Assembly: GCF_006345805.1 (NCBI RefSeq)
Contig: NC_043002.1
Span: 81,716,001 to 81,780,000, forward strand
DNA: 64,000 nt
From: Octopus sinensis
Lineage: Eukaryota
Direction of reading: 5' to 3'
Below are positions 36,791-51,630 of this stretch, in pieces. Both the position numbers and the translations under genes were made by a program. How positions within the stretch are numbered: position 1 is the first letter of the stretch; every line of letters begins with the position of its first letter. The notes under the pieces are model-generated. The model ran no database searches and was not told where the DNA came from. It worked only from the letters and a program-made list of their open reading frames with translations.

Positions 36791-37234
36791 GCGTGATACA
36801 CATACACACATTATATGGCACCTTGAACAAGTTGTCTTCTACTGTGGTCCCAGTCTGACCAAAAGAGTGAATTTAATAGAAACTGAAAAAAAAAAAAGCT
36901 CATTCTGTGTGTGTGTTTGGTTTTCTTTGTCTTCACATCATATGGTAGTTGTAAATGAGTGTCACTGTCATACAAACGGTGCCATTCGTTCCTCCATTCT
37001 CCATTCTGTGAAAAACATGCCTGGCAATAGTGGGAATGTTACCTTGAAAATAAGTAAGAGTTGGTGACAATATGGGCAATTGGCTGTTGAAAATCTGTCT
37101 GTCCCATGCAAGCATAGAATGGTGGATGTAAGATGATGTTGTGTACATGTATATAAATAAACGCACACACACACATATACATATATACACACACACAGAC
37201 ACACGCGCGCACACACACACACACATATATAGTG

Positions 37235-37376
37235 TTTCTACAGAAGGGCATCCAGCTGTAGAAACACTGCCAGATCAGACTGGGCCTGGTGCAGCCTTCT
37301 GGGTTCCCAGACCCCAGTTGAACCGTCCAACCCATGCTAGCATAGAAAGCAGACGTTAAACGACGATGATGATGAC
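37235..37376 (+). mobile_element. RTE-tail retroposon (family C)
   Basis: GAAGGGCATCCAGCTGTAGAAAC...GACGTTAAACGACGATGATGATGA. Confidence 0.8.
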
Positions 37377-37479
37377 ATATATATATATGCATACACACAC
37401 ATGCACACATAGCTATATATATATATATACATATACATACACACGCACATAAACTATCTATGTGTATATATATAATCAC

Positions 37480-37522
<43 letters not shown>

Positions 37523-38229
37523 TAGACATACGCATTCACACCGGTACAATTATATTTCATTTATCAAAGCTCTTTGATTTGTTTATATACCCTTCTATTT
37601 GCAATATCGCACCTACAGCTCTCTTGTTTATTATACACGCCGCAAACACACATCATATTGATATGATTAAATTTGCTCCTAAGTCATCTTTCCATCTACA
37701 TATGATCTATTTTTCAAATTATTGCACAACACAGCTAATACTAATATCCTTCTTATTGGCAAAATTTGGTGGAACTGGGAGAGTTCTTAGCCAGTGTGGT
37801 TCCTCGTCTGGATTTAATTATCGCTGACTAGCTCTTCTAATTCTTCTTTTATTATATTTCTTTTCATCTTCTTTGAGCCCACCTAATAATCTTAGCAGAA
37901 TGAAGCCATTAGACTTTCATGTTCGTCTATCTTTATATTAAAAATTAAGCAATTTCTTTAACTTCTAAACATTCATTTATAACCATGTCACAGTCACTAA
38001 TTTCTACATTCTTAAGTTCTGCTTTTTGTGTGTGTGGTGTGTGTGTTGTGTGTGGTGTGTTGTGTCCCCTCCTTGTAAACAGCAGTTCCCCATTTTTATT
38101 TCACAGCTCTCTTCTCTTTGTACACAAATATGTGTGTGCATATATACATAGATACGTACGTGCGGGGGTTATGTATGTATTTGTATGTATATAGGCAAAT
38201 CGATAATGAATGATGATTTCAAACACAAA

Positions 38230-38614
38230 AACAGAAAAAGTCAAAGGGACGATGATATATATGCATGTAGATGTATATATTTATTCATATATATACATTT
38301 ATTCATATATATATATATGTATATATATGTTGTGTGTATGTGTGTGTATATATTATATATATATATATATGTCTTTGTATATTATATGATGTATATTATA
38401 TTATATATATATGTTTGGATATATATATATATATGTTATTGACATATTTATATATATATATATATTGATATATATATTTTATATAGATATATATTATATA
38501 TATATGTATATATATATCATATATATTATATTATATGTATATTTATATATATATGTATATATTTATAATATATATATATATAGATATTTATATATATATA
38601 TGTATATTTATATA

Positions 38615-38661
<47 letters not shown>

Positions 38662-38911
38662 GTATATATATTTATATATGTATATATATATATATATACA
38701 CATTTATATATGTATATATTTATATATATATACTATATAGGAAGGGCATCCAGCCGTAGAAAACACTGCCAGATCTGACTGGGCCTGACGAAGCCTTCCA
38801 GCTTCACAGACCCAGTTGACCCATCCAACCCATGCTAGCATGGAAACGGATGCTAAACGATGGATGATGATATATGATGATGATGATATATATTTATATA
38901 TATATATATAT

Positions 38912-38946
<35 letters not shown>

Positions 38947-39200
38947 ATATTATATATATATATATTTATATATAATATATATATTTATATATATTTATAC
39001 ATATATATAATTTATATATATATGTATATATATATATATATTTAATATCTATATGTATATATAATATATTTTATAGATTATATATATAATATATATATAT
39101 TGATATATATATATATATTTATAGATATATATATATATATATATATGTAGAAATATATATGCATATATACGTTTGTATGTGTGTGTGTGTATATATGCAC
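38230..39200. repeat. ~1-kb (TA)-rich low-complexity tract with an embedded RTE tail (38738-38885, +)
   Basis: Direct reading. Confidence 0.9.
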
Positions 39201-39437
39201 ATCATATATACATGTATACAAATACGTCATATATATTACACTGTATTATATTTGTGTGTATATGTTTACATATACACACTTTTACATGTCTAGAATTTTA
39301 CCTGCCTGGAAGCTTGATCACCTGTGATCAACCTTCTAGACATGTAAAATTTGAAGTCACATTTGACCTCTTATTTTTTTAAAAACTGTCTCTCTACACA
39401 CTGTATTGAATGCTTTTATCAGTAAATTGTGGTCATA

Positions 39438-39491
<54 letters not shown>

Positions 39492-41569
39492 GTATCTTTA
39501 TTTGTGCAATATGAATGAATGTAATATCATTTCGGAAAACCATTTCCTTATATTTGCAATTGTATATTTTATGTAAGTATCATTAATTATACTCAGGTAT
39601 CCCAATAAGTGTGTGCACGCCTAATATCACTAGTTGAAAACCACTTAAATTTTTTGGCCCCTAAATATACATTTATTTTAGATGTCATGTTTCTTTTTTT
39701 ATTTTTACTACTATCAGCAACAAACATTACGCTATTTTTTTAATATATTCCTACTCTAGGCTACTCAAGTACATTCTGTGTTTATATATTTTTTACTTAA
39801 TTTATCTTGCTAATTTAATTTAATATAATCTTTTCATGTCATGATACACAGCTTTTTCTTATTTGTAATAATTACTCCTTGTTTTACATAGCATATAGAT
39901 TGCATATTAATTTTTTTCTTAATATACGTGTGTGTGTGTGTAATCTGCATGTAGTATGTTGTACATGTGCATGTATAAATACATGCACATAAACACAAAA
40001 ACATATACATACATATGTTGCATATTGTGTGTATGTGTACATATTGTATTGTTTGTGTAATATATATATGTATATGTATATATATATGTATGTGTGTGTG
40101 TGTGTCTATATATATATATATATGTATGTAAATATTTATATATCTGGTTTTACTTCATTATCACAACTCGTGTATATATGTATATGCATACTCTTTAATA
40201 TTTGTTGCTGCAAATAAGAGAAAAAGTTCTCAAAATGCCCTTTCAAAAATTTCTAAGAAAAACATTTAAAAAAGAAAGAAATTATAAGCCCCCATCCCCA
40301 CTCCCAAATTCAGAATAACAATGCAATGAAACTGCTTCAGCTTTTAATAAAAACAGTTCTCCGTACACATGTTATTCAGTGCATTTATGTGGTAGATATA
40401 TAAGTATGGAGAAGTGGATATTTAAACTGATGAGCAATGATATGCAGTTATTTCTGAAGGTCTGAAGGGCTCGTTGTGTATATCTAGTTACCTTAGCTTG
40501 AAGTGATAGAGAGAGAGAGAGAGCGAGATGAATCCCCTCTTTGATAGGTTGTATGTCTGTAAAACTTAAGATTTCTAGATCTGATTCCTTTGATACATTT
40601 ACAGATACTTTAGACCAGATGTGTGTAAGATTTGAACTCAAAATCTGTCCACTACTAGGCCAACAAGTTTTCCATTAGGCCAAGTAGACTCTCTTGGGAT
40701 TTTATACACACAAACACACACACACACACACACAACACAATATACGAGTCTATTGTTTTTTTTTGTTTGTTTTTGCTACTTGTGTGTGTGTGTGTGTTTG
40801 TGTGTCTATAACAATCACTGGCAAATTGTGGTCTCTGGGCCATATGCAGTCTGCAGGACATTTCGAACCAGTATGCCTAACGAAAAAAATTACCTTGAAC
40901 TTTTTTTGCACTGTGGCCCTCTTGATGATGAGTTTGCTTCAAGGGGCCTGCTTCTTAAAACAGGTTGCCCATGCCTACACATACGCTTTAACATGTATAC
41001 ATATATATATATATATACACAAGTGCATATATTCATTCATATCTATATTCACACATAGTTACATAATATAATATATATAAGGGAGTGAAGCTGGCATAAT
41101 ATAATGCTCAACAGCATTTTGTATATCTTTATGTTCTGGGTTCAAATTCTGGCGAAGTTGACTTTGTCGTTCATTCGCTCAGGGTCGATGAAATGAGTAC
41201 CAGTTGAGCACTGAGGCTGATGTAACCGACTCAATATGAAATCAACCCTCAATATGGCCATGTGCCTATATTTGAACCCCTTCCCCTCTCTCTATATATA
41301 TATATACATATTACATACATATATAAAATGTGTGTGTGTGAATGAATATCTAAGTGCATTTACTGCTGCTACATGTTGAAGAAGTTTCCTTCCAACAGGG
41401 TGGTGTGGTTCTGTTTTCAATTCTTATTTTGGTATCTACAACACTTCAGTCCTACCAAGGTTAAGTGTCTCCTGCCATAGCCTTGGGTTAACCAATCCCG
41501 TTTTTCAGTGACATCTGGTTGTCAGAAACTCTGCAGAAACACATCGTGTGGTGTGTTTACAACTAAGGA

Positions 41570-41776
<207 letters not shown>

Positions 41777-42769
41777 TAATTTTTTTATTGGTATATATTT
41801 GTGTTTTACATGTTTGTGTATATTGTATTATATAAAACATGCACATATAAACAGAGGTACACTTAAACATGACTAAAATATATATATATATATATATATA
41901 TGTACATGCACTTATGCACACACACATGTATAGGCATGTCCGTGTGTCATACACACACACATATATATTTATATATATATATATATGTAGTCTGTATAAA
42001 ATACAAAACCACTTTTATCTCTGATTCTCTTTAATCTGGTGATATTTCAAAGATTAGCTAAAGCAGAAATTTAAATGAATGCAATTTCCGAAAACTTTGC
42101 ACTGCTTTCCATCTGCCTTAGATTGCAAGTGTATATATGTGTGTGTATGTTTGTATATCTGTATATGCGTATGTCCTCGCATTCATGCAATCACACACAC
42201 ACATGTATACATGCATACATGTGTACATGTGGACGTATGTTTCTGTATGGTTATGTATATTATTCTTTGCTCTCTGCGTGATGTATTTCAAATTCTGTGA
42301 TATCTTTTCTTAGTTAAAAATCCTTTGATTTCGAGAAAACTTTGATCTCACATGCTTTTTCTCCATCTCAAAGAAGCTTTATTCAGGCATTATTCGGCAC
42401 TTGTCTGTGTTGTCACATGGAAGTGAACAGTTTCAAAATTTATTTCAACAGCACTAAGTTTTAAAAGAGAATAAGCTATTTATTATTTCTTTATTTTTTT
42501 TTTGGCAAGTTTTTTACTTTTTATTTTTTTTTATTCCATTAAACAATGCCAAACAAGCCTACAAACAGCATCACTGATACTTACATATGTTCATAGATTG
42601 AGGCATCTATATATGTATGTGTTTGTAAATGTCTCTGTGTGTGCACGCGTGCGTGTGTACATACCAATATATACATATATATATTTTTATATATTTGTGT
42701 GTATGTATGTGTGTGTGTATTTGTATGTATATATGTATGTATTTATAGATATGTTTGTGTGTGTGTGTG

Positions 42770-42817
<48 letters not shown>

Positions 42818-43303
42818 ATATTCACATGTGCATAAACACCATTATGCATGTACATTTATCTGCACCCAATATATACATTGCACAAATATGAGTATGTATA
42901 TTTTGATATGCATGCACACACAGGCACATGCAATGAAATGTGTGTGTGTGTGGTGTTGTTGGTGTCGTTAAGGTCCCACGCTGGTCCCTGATGAATTTGA
43001 CCTATGATGAAAAGGCAATCTTGCCATGAGCATTATATCAATTTCCTTTCTGGTATTGAGTACTTCAGAATACACTATCCCCATGTGTCCTTTCCCATTT
43101 CCGTAAGAGGGTACATTGAGGTTTGAGAGGTGCTTTGCTGATATTTCTAGCAACTCAAGTGACCAGTAAGAGGCTCTTTTGTTAAACTCATATATATGCA
43201 TATGTATGTTTTTAAAATGTTTGTATACATGACATACACACACATGAAACTGATTTTTTTAATTGTCAGTGATGTATTGCACACACATGTACATACATAC
43301 ATA

Positions 43304-43337
<34 letters not shown>

Positions 43338-43561
43338 CACACACATATGTTCACTCACATACATACATAATTTTAACTCTGTTTCATTTCATTACCAAAC
43401 AATATGCAATTAAGTTTTATAGAACTAATTAAAAATTACAAGAAAAAAAAATTTCTGTATGTTTATAATTGTTTTTTCTTTTTTCTTTAGCCTCATTTAT
43501 TTATATGTGCGTGTGTGTGCATATATGTATATATTATATATACATGCTCTTAAAAGTGTGG

Positions 43562-43598
<37 letters not shown>

Positions 43599-44046
43599 GT
43601 TTGCATGTGTATGACCTGCATCTATTACACATATATACAGACAACTGCAGATATGTATACATGTGCATATATAAATATATGTGGTTGTATACGCATTTGT
43701 GTATTATGTATTTATATATGAATGTAGTGTGTATTTAAATATATATATGTATATAAATATTGTATATGTCTGTATTTATATATACATATGTATGTAAATA
43801 TTGTATATTTGTGCATATATATGTGTGTGTGTATTTATATATGTACATATGTGTGTATTTGTATAATTACATATGTATCTATATAATGTATATGTGTGTG
43901 TGTGTGTGTGGTGTGTGTGCCCGTGCATGTGCATACATGCATATTTATCATGTACATCTTTTTAATTATTTGTGTGTAATTGCCAAAATTTTATTTTCCC
44001 TGGCTTGTTTCAATTTTATTGTGACTCTCTCAAGTTTGCAGAACAC

Positions 44047-44087
<41 letters not shown>

Positions 44088-44515
44088 TGTGTGTGAAAGA
44101 AAGTGTGTATTCGATTCTATTTTATTTGTATTGAATTAATTATTTTTTTCCTTTTCAAAAATTATTATTCGTGATTATTTCGTTATCAATTGTTCATGGT
44201 GTTCATTAGAAGGAGTGTTGCAATGGCTTGCATGTTTGTGCGCACGTGCATGTATTTGTGTGTGCTTATGTAATTGTATACATGCCTGTCAAATGATGTA
44301 ATTCCTGCGTGCATATATGTATGTGTCTGTATGTGGGAGTTGATGCTAATTAATTTTATATTGATATGGATAGTTTGCCTAATGAATGAAAACGAAAGAA
44401 AATTTTTTTTAAATAAATGCTTTTGTTTTCGTCTTCAAAATAGTTAAAGGGATCTTCATATCTGACATTTAACATAGGGTATATTCTTCAGGGAACAACC
44501 AGTTTTTTTTTAAAT

Positions 44516-44550
<35 letters not shown>

Positions 44551-45061
44551 TATTATACGGGCTGTGTTGTATTCACCTTTTTGTTTTCCTCATTGTTATT
44601 CTAAACCCTGTTCATGATTATTATTATTATTATTCTATTTAGATAAAAATATCATTATCATCATCATCATTATTATTATTATTATTTTAATTTCAGTAAA
44701 TTTAGATATTTATTTTAGTTTGTGTTTTTAGATAAAAGCTTTGTTTTCCTTTCTTTTACATTTTTGTTTTCTTCAGTTTAAATGTTTAAGCGTGAGAAGA
44801 TATTTAGATATTTTCTAGACTCAAAGAAAAGACAATTTAATAAGCAATTATTTTGTTTGCATATACAAATCCAATCACATATATTATACACACTGACTTT
44901 TTATATATATATATATAAAATTTTACAAACTTTCACCTATGTATAAGATTAGTTGTGCATCCTGTATTTGATGGCTTAAAAAAAATGTATGCGCAAAATA
45001 GATACATCCTAATTTCAAGCAGCACATATTCTAGGAAAAATGTGTTTTTAACACATTAAAA

Positions 45062-45321
45062 CAGTGGTTTTTAACTGGGGCCTGTACGGCCCTTAGGGGT
45101 TCATATAAAATTTTGTTGTTAAAATTTATGTGCAATAAATTGTTATACAATACGCAAAATATTTTAACATTTTTTTTTTTACACAGTTTGTAATGATATT
45201 TAATTATATAAATATAATATGGTTTTTTTAAAATATTGAATGGCTTAGGAGGAGGGTCCGTCTGAGTAAAATAGGAACCAAAGGGATCCATAGGTAAAAA
45301 AAAAATAGTTGAGAAACACTG
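45062..45321. mobile_element. hAT (Charlie-type) MITE
   Basis: CAGTGGTTTTTAACT / AGTTGAGAAACACTG termini with TSD CATTAAAA / CATTAAAT (7 of 8). Confidence 0.85.
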
Positions 45322-46289
45322 CATTAAATCTTATTGGAGACCCAACTTTGCACGGACCTAAGGCGACCTTTCTGAGATAATTTTTGTTTTGAAAATAAGT
45401 AGATCGTAAATGGCACTCACTCACTCACTCACACACTAACACACACAGTATGCATAATGTTTCTATTATATGATGAGTTATATAGGTGATGATGGGTGAG
45501 ATGTTGATCAGAATATGTGATTGGGGATGCAGGGATGGGTGGGGGCAGTTTTTAATTGACTTGTAACCCAACCCTCACAATTCTTGTTTGTGTGTTTGTG
45601 TTACGTATACATGGATATATACACATGCATACATGACTGGGGCTTCTTTCAGTTTTCTGTCTACCAAATGCACTCACAAAGCTTTGGTCTGGTCAGAGCT
45701 TTAGCAGAAGACCCTTGCTCCTAATGTCATGCTGTAACACTGAACTGAAATCATGCAGTTGTAGAGTAAACTTCTTATCGCACAGCCGTGCCTGTGCTCA
45801 TATAGTTCTTTAGTTTTATACATACATAGTTTATTTACATCTACCCACAAATGTACACAAACTGTGTATGGGTTTCATCCTTCCCATATATTTTATAACC
45901 TAATCTTAAGGGCGACAGTTATAAGTATCACTGTGCGACTCCTCTGATAATCAGAGTAGCTGTATGGCGAAGTAAATAAGTCACTCCTTTTCTTTAAAAT
46001 ACAAATATATGTAACTACTCAACATTTCATACTGAGTTTTATGTTGCATTATATTTAACATACATAAATATTTTTAAGTACTTACAATGTTTATAACACT
46101 ATACAAATACACAAACACACACACATACAAAGAATGGTATGGATACTATTTTCCTATGCAATAAACAAAGCTTGTATACTTGTTTGTTTTTCTTTTGTTG
46201 GTGTTTTATTTCTCATGTCAGCATGGGTTAGATCAGGGGTCCCCAAACTTCTTAGGCCATCGACACCTTCATGAAATCTTTCAATCCTC

Positions 46290-46382
46290 ATCGGTGTCGC
46301 TTGCCGAATCGCTAAGTTACGGGGACGTAAACACAAACAGCATCGGTTTTCAAGCGATGTTGGGGCGGGGCAAACATATACA

Positions 46383-46417
<35 letters not shown>

Positions 46418-46578
46418 GACTGGCTTCTTTCTTTTTCCGTCTACCAAATCCACTCATAAGGCTTTGGTCAGCCCAAGGCTATAGTAGACGACACTTGCCC
46501 AAGATGCCACGCAGTGGGAGTGAACCCAGAACCATGTGGTTGGTAAGCAAGCTACTTACCACACAGCCACTCCTGCGT
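46290..46578 (-). mobile_element. SINE family A
   Basis: Reverse complement ending CCACACAGCCACTCCTGCG. A second copy follows at about 46690-46982. Confidence 0.8.
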
Positions 46579-47182
46579 CTGATCACTATAAACAAATTGT
46601 TTGTTAAGAAATTGTCGAACCCTCATATATCATCTAATGACGGGAGAGTCCATTATATATATGTGTGTGAATGTATGTGTATTTTACTTGTTCCAGTCAT
46701 TAGACTTTGACCATGCTAGGGCATCGCCTTGAAGTATTTATTTTATTGTTTTTAAAGCCTGGTACTTATTCTGTTGGCTTCTTTTGCTGAACTGCTAAGT
46801 TACAAAGACACAAGGACACACACGAAGGGCTTCTTTCAGTTTCCGTCTAGCAGATTCATTCGCAAGCCTTTGGTTGGCCTGAGGCCTATAGTAGAAGACA
46901 TTTGCTCAAGATGCCATATAGTGGAACTGAACCCTAAATCCATGTGGATGGGAAGCAAGCTTCTTACCACGCAGCCACTCCTGTATACACACGTATATAT
47001 ATAATCATTTAGGCATAGTGGTACTAATAAACTGGTGTTATAACTCAGTATGCATATGCTTCCGAAGAAAGCATTAGTTGAGTACAGAGCATAAGAGGAG
47101 ACTACATAAATGGCAAGGAACTGCAATGAGATGCTATGCGCTCATAGCTGGGTGTTTGTGTATCACTGTATAGCTTCATCAG

Positions 47183-47223
47183 AGCTTCAGAATTACATTG
47201 CGTAGCAGAAACAGCTGTAAGCT
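47183..47223 (+). other. Decayed minimal hammerhead-like motif
   Basis: AGCT [TCAGA] attac attgc gtagca GAA ACAGCTGT A AGCT. The palindromic helix III, GUA triplet and 4-bp stem I are intact, but the CUGANGA core is broken. Confidence 0.35.
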
Positions 47224-48380
47224 AATGGAGTCCATGAAACAAAATCTTATTCCCTTATTTATATAATCACTTATTATGCTCTTTCTTTCTCACTGTGTGT
47301 CTGTGTGTTTCTCTGTGTGTATGTGTGTGTGTGTGTGTGTTTCAAATGTCTGAAATTGGATGTAAATGTGGTTGTTTGCTGTGAGGAATCTCTGCCTGTT
47401 TCCTCAAGTTTACATGTGTTTAAACCTCAGTCAACCTTTTGGCACACCTTAGCTGTGAAACCTGACAATTCTTCACAGATGGCTTATAGTTTGTTCTCTG
47501 ATAGGAAAGACCCCTTTCTATTGAATCAAAATTGTCTTATTCCACTTCTTCGTCAGCAAAGGCAAAATTACCAATAGTTTACATTTCCTTCTCCTGCTAC
47601 TCCATTAACTCCCTATCTAACTTCTTTTTCTTCTCCTCCTTTACCACCCCCTTCTCTCTCCTTTCTCCCTATGCCACCCCTTTTTATTATTTCATTCTGC
47701 TGATGTGATATGATGTGATGTGATGTTATCATAAGCAATTATGTTAAGTTTGATTCATCGCATCCCAATGTCCATTCGTTAATCTGTGTTTGCATGCATG
47801 TGTGCGAGAAGGAGAGAAACGAAAGAGAGTGAGCGACATGCAGGCAAACGTACAGAAAGATACTGAGTAAGGGAGAGAAAGAAAGAAAGGGTTCATTTCT
47901 TGTTTTAAACAACACTTGTGTCGGATTAACAAGCGACAAAGACTGGCGAGAGTGATGACGATGATGATGGTGATGATAATAAATAAATAGTTAAACAAAA
48001 TCATTACACATTTTAAAAGTAATTTTTGTGAATATTTAATTGTTTCAGATTCAAGGTGTCAAAATATTCCCTCAAGATTTCCTTTGCTCTTCTTAAACTT
48101 CCCCACACCTTTTTCTTTCTTTCTTCTTTTTTTTTTTGGTTTCTTTCTCCTCTATTTTATTTCAAATATAAACAATGATAAAGAAAATGAGACGCTTATC
48201 ATAGAAGGCATTTTGCAAACCTACCACCACCACCATCAACACTTTTTTAAAAATATTTTTATCGCATCCTTTTTTTTTTTTTATTTCTCTCCCTTTTATC
48301 TCTATAGTTATTATTTTGCATACCTTCTTTTATTTTTTTATATTTCGGTTTTACAGAAAATACCACAAAAAGAAAGGAAA

Positions 48381-48428
<48 letters not shown>

Positions 48429-49324
48429 GAAATTAACATAGCAAAAAAAAAAAAGAATTTAAAATAAATAAATTCTCGGGTGTGTTTTTATTTATTTACC
48501 TATTTATTTTTTTCCCTTCTGAAATTATGTTTGGTAAATTAAGTGTTAATTAAAATATTAAATTAAAAGAAAGTGTTCATTTCCTCCTTATAACTTTCAA
48601 GCTTGTGGTTTTTCTTAATCAGAAGATACTTGCTGCAATTCCTCCACCACCGCCAATCACCTATACCCCCCCCCTGCCATACTGACGCTTACTTGTTGCT
48701 TTAATAATAATGGTGATGATGATGATGTTTGATTCCTTAGATAAAAAAAAAGAAAAGAAAATTGAGAGATGGAGAATGGAGGTAGACAGTGCCTTTGAAG
48801 GTGTGTGTATGTATGCGTGTATGTGTGTTCCACAACAAAATTAACATGAAACACTTTTTTTTTTTCGTATGAGCTTTTCCTGTCTTATAATTATTTCGTC
48901 TACTTTAAGGTCTGTTTGTTTTATTAGCCCCTTTTTAAAGATTTAACGTCAACAAGAACAAAGTGTGGACTTAATGTGACATGTTAATAACATTTCGACA
49001 TTTGTACTTACTACACTGTCTTCATTCCCCCTGCTCTATTAAATGTAATAAAGTTTCCAAAATTTGGAAACGGTTTAATTCTGTGGTGAGATGAGAAGAA
49101 TCTCAGTATGTCAAGGAAATCCTTTCGTGGGTAACAGGGTTTTGCTTAAAATGCTAAGACTTTTTTTCTTATCTTTCTCTTTGGGTGCAGGCGTTGCGTG
49201 GTAAAATGCTTGCTTCTCACCCAAATGGTTCCGAGTTCGGTCCTACTGTGTGGCAAGTGTCTTCCACTAAGGTCGACCAAAGCCTTGTGAGCACTGACAT
49301 CAGCCTTGTCTTTCATCATTATTA

Positions 49325-49658
49325 TTCCGAGGTCAAGCTGGCAGAAACGTTAGGTGAAATGCTTAGCGATATTTTGTCTGTTAAAATTCTGCTGAGGTCG
49401 ACTTTGCCTTTCATCCTTATGTACCAGTTGCATACTGGGGTGATCTAATCGGCTTTGCCCCTTCCCCCAAAATTTCAGGCCTTGTGCCTAGAGTAGAAAA
49501 GATTATTATTCTGAGGTCAACTTTGCTTTTCATCCCTTTGAGGTTGATAAAATAAGTACCAGTGAAACCCTGGGGTTGATGTAATCGACTTGTCCTCTCC
49601 CCCAAAATTTCAGGCTATGTGCATATAGTAGAAAGGATCATTATTATTATTATTTTTA

Positions 49659-49690
<32 letters not shown>
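49325..49690 (+). mobile_element. SINE family B with tandemly duplicated 3' half and (TTA)n tail
   Basis: The GAGGTC(G/A)ACTTTGC...CCCCAAAATTTCAGGC...AGTAGAAA(A/G)GATTATT segment occurs twice. Confidence 0.75.
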
Positions 49691-49693
<3 letters not shown>

Positions 49694-50065
49694 TATTGAA
49701 TGACACGATGCTTTTATATTCCAGTTTAATACATTGCTGTTCAATATTCAGCTCCATCTGGTGTCAAAATGACCTATAATCAATAAAATAGATACCATGA
49801 GCGTGTCTAAGCTTAAGTGTTTTGTCTCACATTCATTTTTATATGCTTGCATGGGTTAGGCAGACCTCGTATTTTCTTATGGCTATGAAGGCGCAAAGTG
49901 AGTGGAAGGTATATCGACAGGAGAACCGACAGCTATGATATTGCTTATTCATCGTGACTTTTCATAGAAGTCAGTGTAGATATAAACAAAATAGAAAGAT
50001 ACACACACATTTAAAATGTAAACAATGATAAAGAAAATGTATACATATATGTTTATGTATATATA

Positions 50066-50102
<37 letters not shown>

Positions 50103-50365
50103 CATCATCATCATCATTTAGCGTCCGCTTTCCATGCTAGCATGGGTTGGATGGTTCAACTGGGGTCTGGGAGGCCAGAAGGCTGCACCAGGCCCAGTCT
50201 GATCTGGCAATGTTTCTACGGCTGGATGCCCTTCCTAACACCAACCACTCCGTGAGTGTAGTGGGTGCTTTTTACGTGCCGCCAGCACAGGTGCCAGATG
50301 GAGTTGGCAAACGGGCACGGTCAGATAGTGCTTTCTATGTGCCACCGGCATATATATAAATATAT

Positions 50366-50434
<69 letters not shown>

Positions 50435-50681
50435 CATCATCATCATCATTTAGCGTCCGCTTTCCATGCTAGCATGGGTTGGATGGTTCAACTGGGGTCT
50501 GGGAGGCCAGAAGGCTGCACCAGGCCCAGTCTGATCTGGCAATGTTTCTACGGCTGGATGCCCTTCCTAACACCAACCACTCCGTGAGTGTAGTGGGTGC
50601 TTTTTACGTGCCGCCAGCACAGGTGCCAGATGGAGTTGGCAAACGGGCACGGTCAGATAGTGCTTTCTATGTGCCACCGGC

Positions 50682-50700
<19 letters not shown>
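50066..50700. repeat. Tandem duplication (period 332 bp) of a family C copy with flanking microsatellites
   Basis: 50101-50351 appears identical to 50433-50683. Confidence 0.95.
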
Positions 50701-50712
<12 letters not shown>

Positions 50713-51324
50713 TGTGCAAATATACTTACACTCATGTACCAATGATGGTTTTCTTTTAGTTTCCCTCTACTAAATCAACAAGTCTTTAGTGCGTTGATAG
50801 ATCCCTTGACCAAGGTACCACATAGTAGAACTGAACCTGAAAGTACATGGTTGTAAAGTTAACATTATGTAAATATATTGACATTGTTAATCTGATTGAC
50901 GTGCAGAATTGAATTTGCCTGTCATCAGAAGTCATCGTTCTAGTTAAGTCAGCCTCAAGTGAAACCTCTTATCATAGTAAACCTATTGTCTTGGTGTAAG
51001 TTGATCAGGATCAATGGTTTTCCATCATTTTGATTTCATGATGCACTGGAGATCAAATAAAAAAAGATTAGTGGCACACTTTGCGTAAAACTTTAAAAAA
51101 AATAACTTTCCAAAATTAAAAATTGAGGAAGAAATATAGAAAAAAAATATAGGTGCAGGCGTGGCTGTGCGGTAAGATGTTTGCTTTCCAACCACATGAT
51201 TCCGTGTTCTGTCCCTCTGTGTGGCACCTTCGGCAAGTGTTTTCTTCTATTGCCTTGGGCTGATCAGAGCTTTGTGAGTGGATTTGATAGACAGAAATTG
51301 AAAGAGGTCCATCATGTGTGTGTA

Positions 51325-51630
51325 ATGCTGTTAGTAAAGAAGCAATGTGCCTTCTTAAAACATCCTGATTTTTCACTTTTCTCTTAGCTCCACGTGAGCT
51401 GACTCCCATTGCTATCATTTTGTCTCAGAACATACATTACATCTTCCTTGGTCTTCTATTCAGTCTTTTTCCTTCTTCCAGTGTCAATTCCATCACGATG
51501 GGATCATGTCTTTCCTGCGGTAATCAAAGCGCATGGCCAATAAGCCATATTTGTCGCTTATCCACCATGACCTGCAAACTTCCCATGCCAGCTCTTCTCA
51601 TCATCTCTTTGTTTCTCACTTTGTCTTAGT
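51325..51630 (-). mobile_element. RTE-clade LINE C-terminal relic (second family)
   Basis: DKVRNKEMMRRAGMGSLQVMVDKRQIWLIGHAL*LPQERH...EEGKRLNRRPRK...MGVS, typical of the RTE C-terminus (GH..R....GKR.RGRP). Confidence 0.7.
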
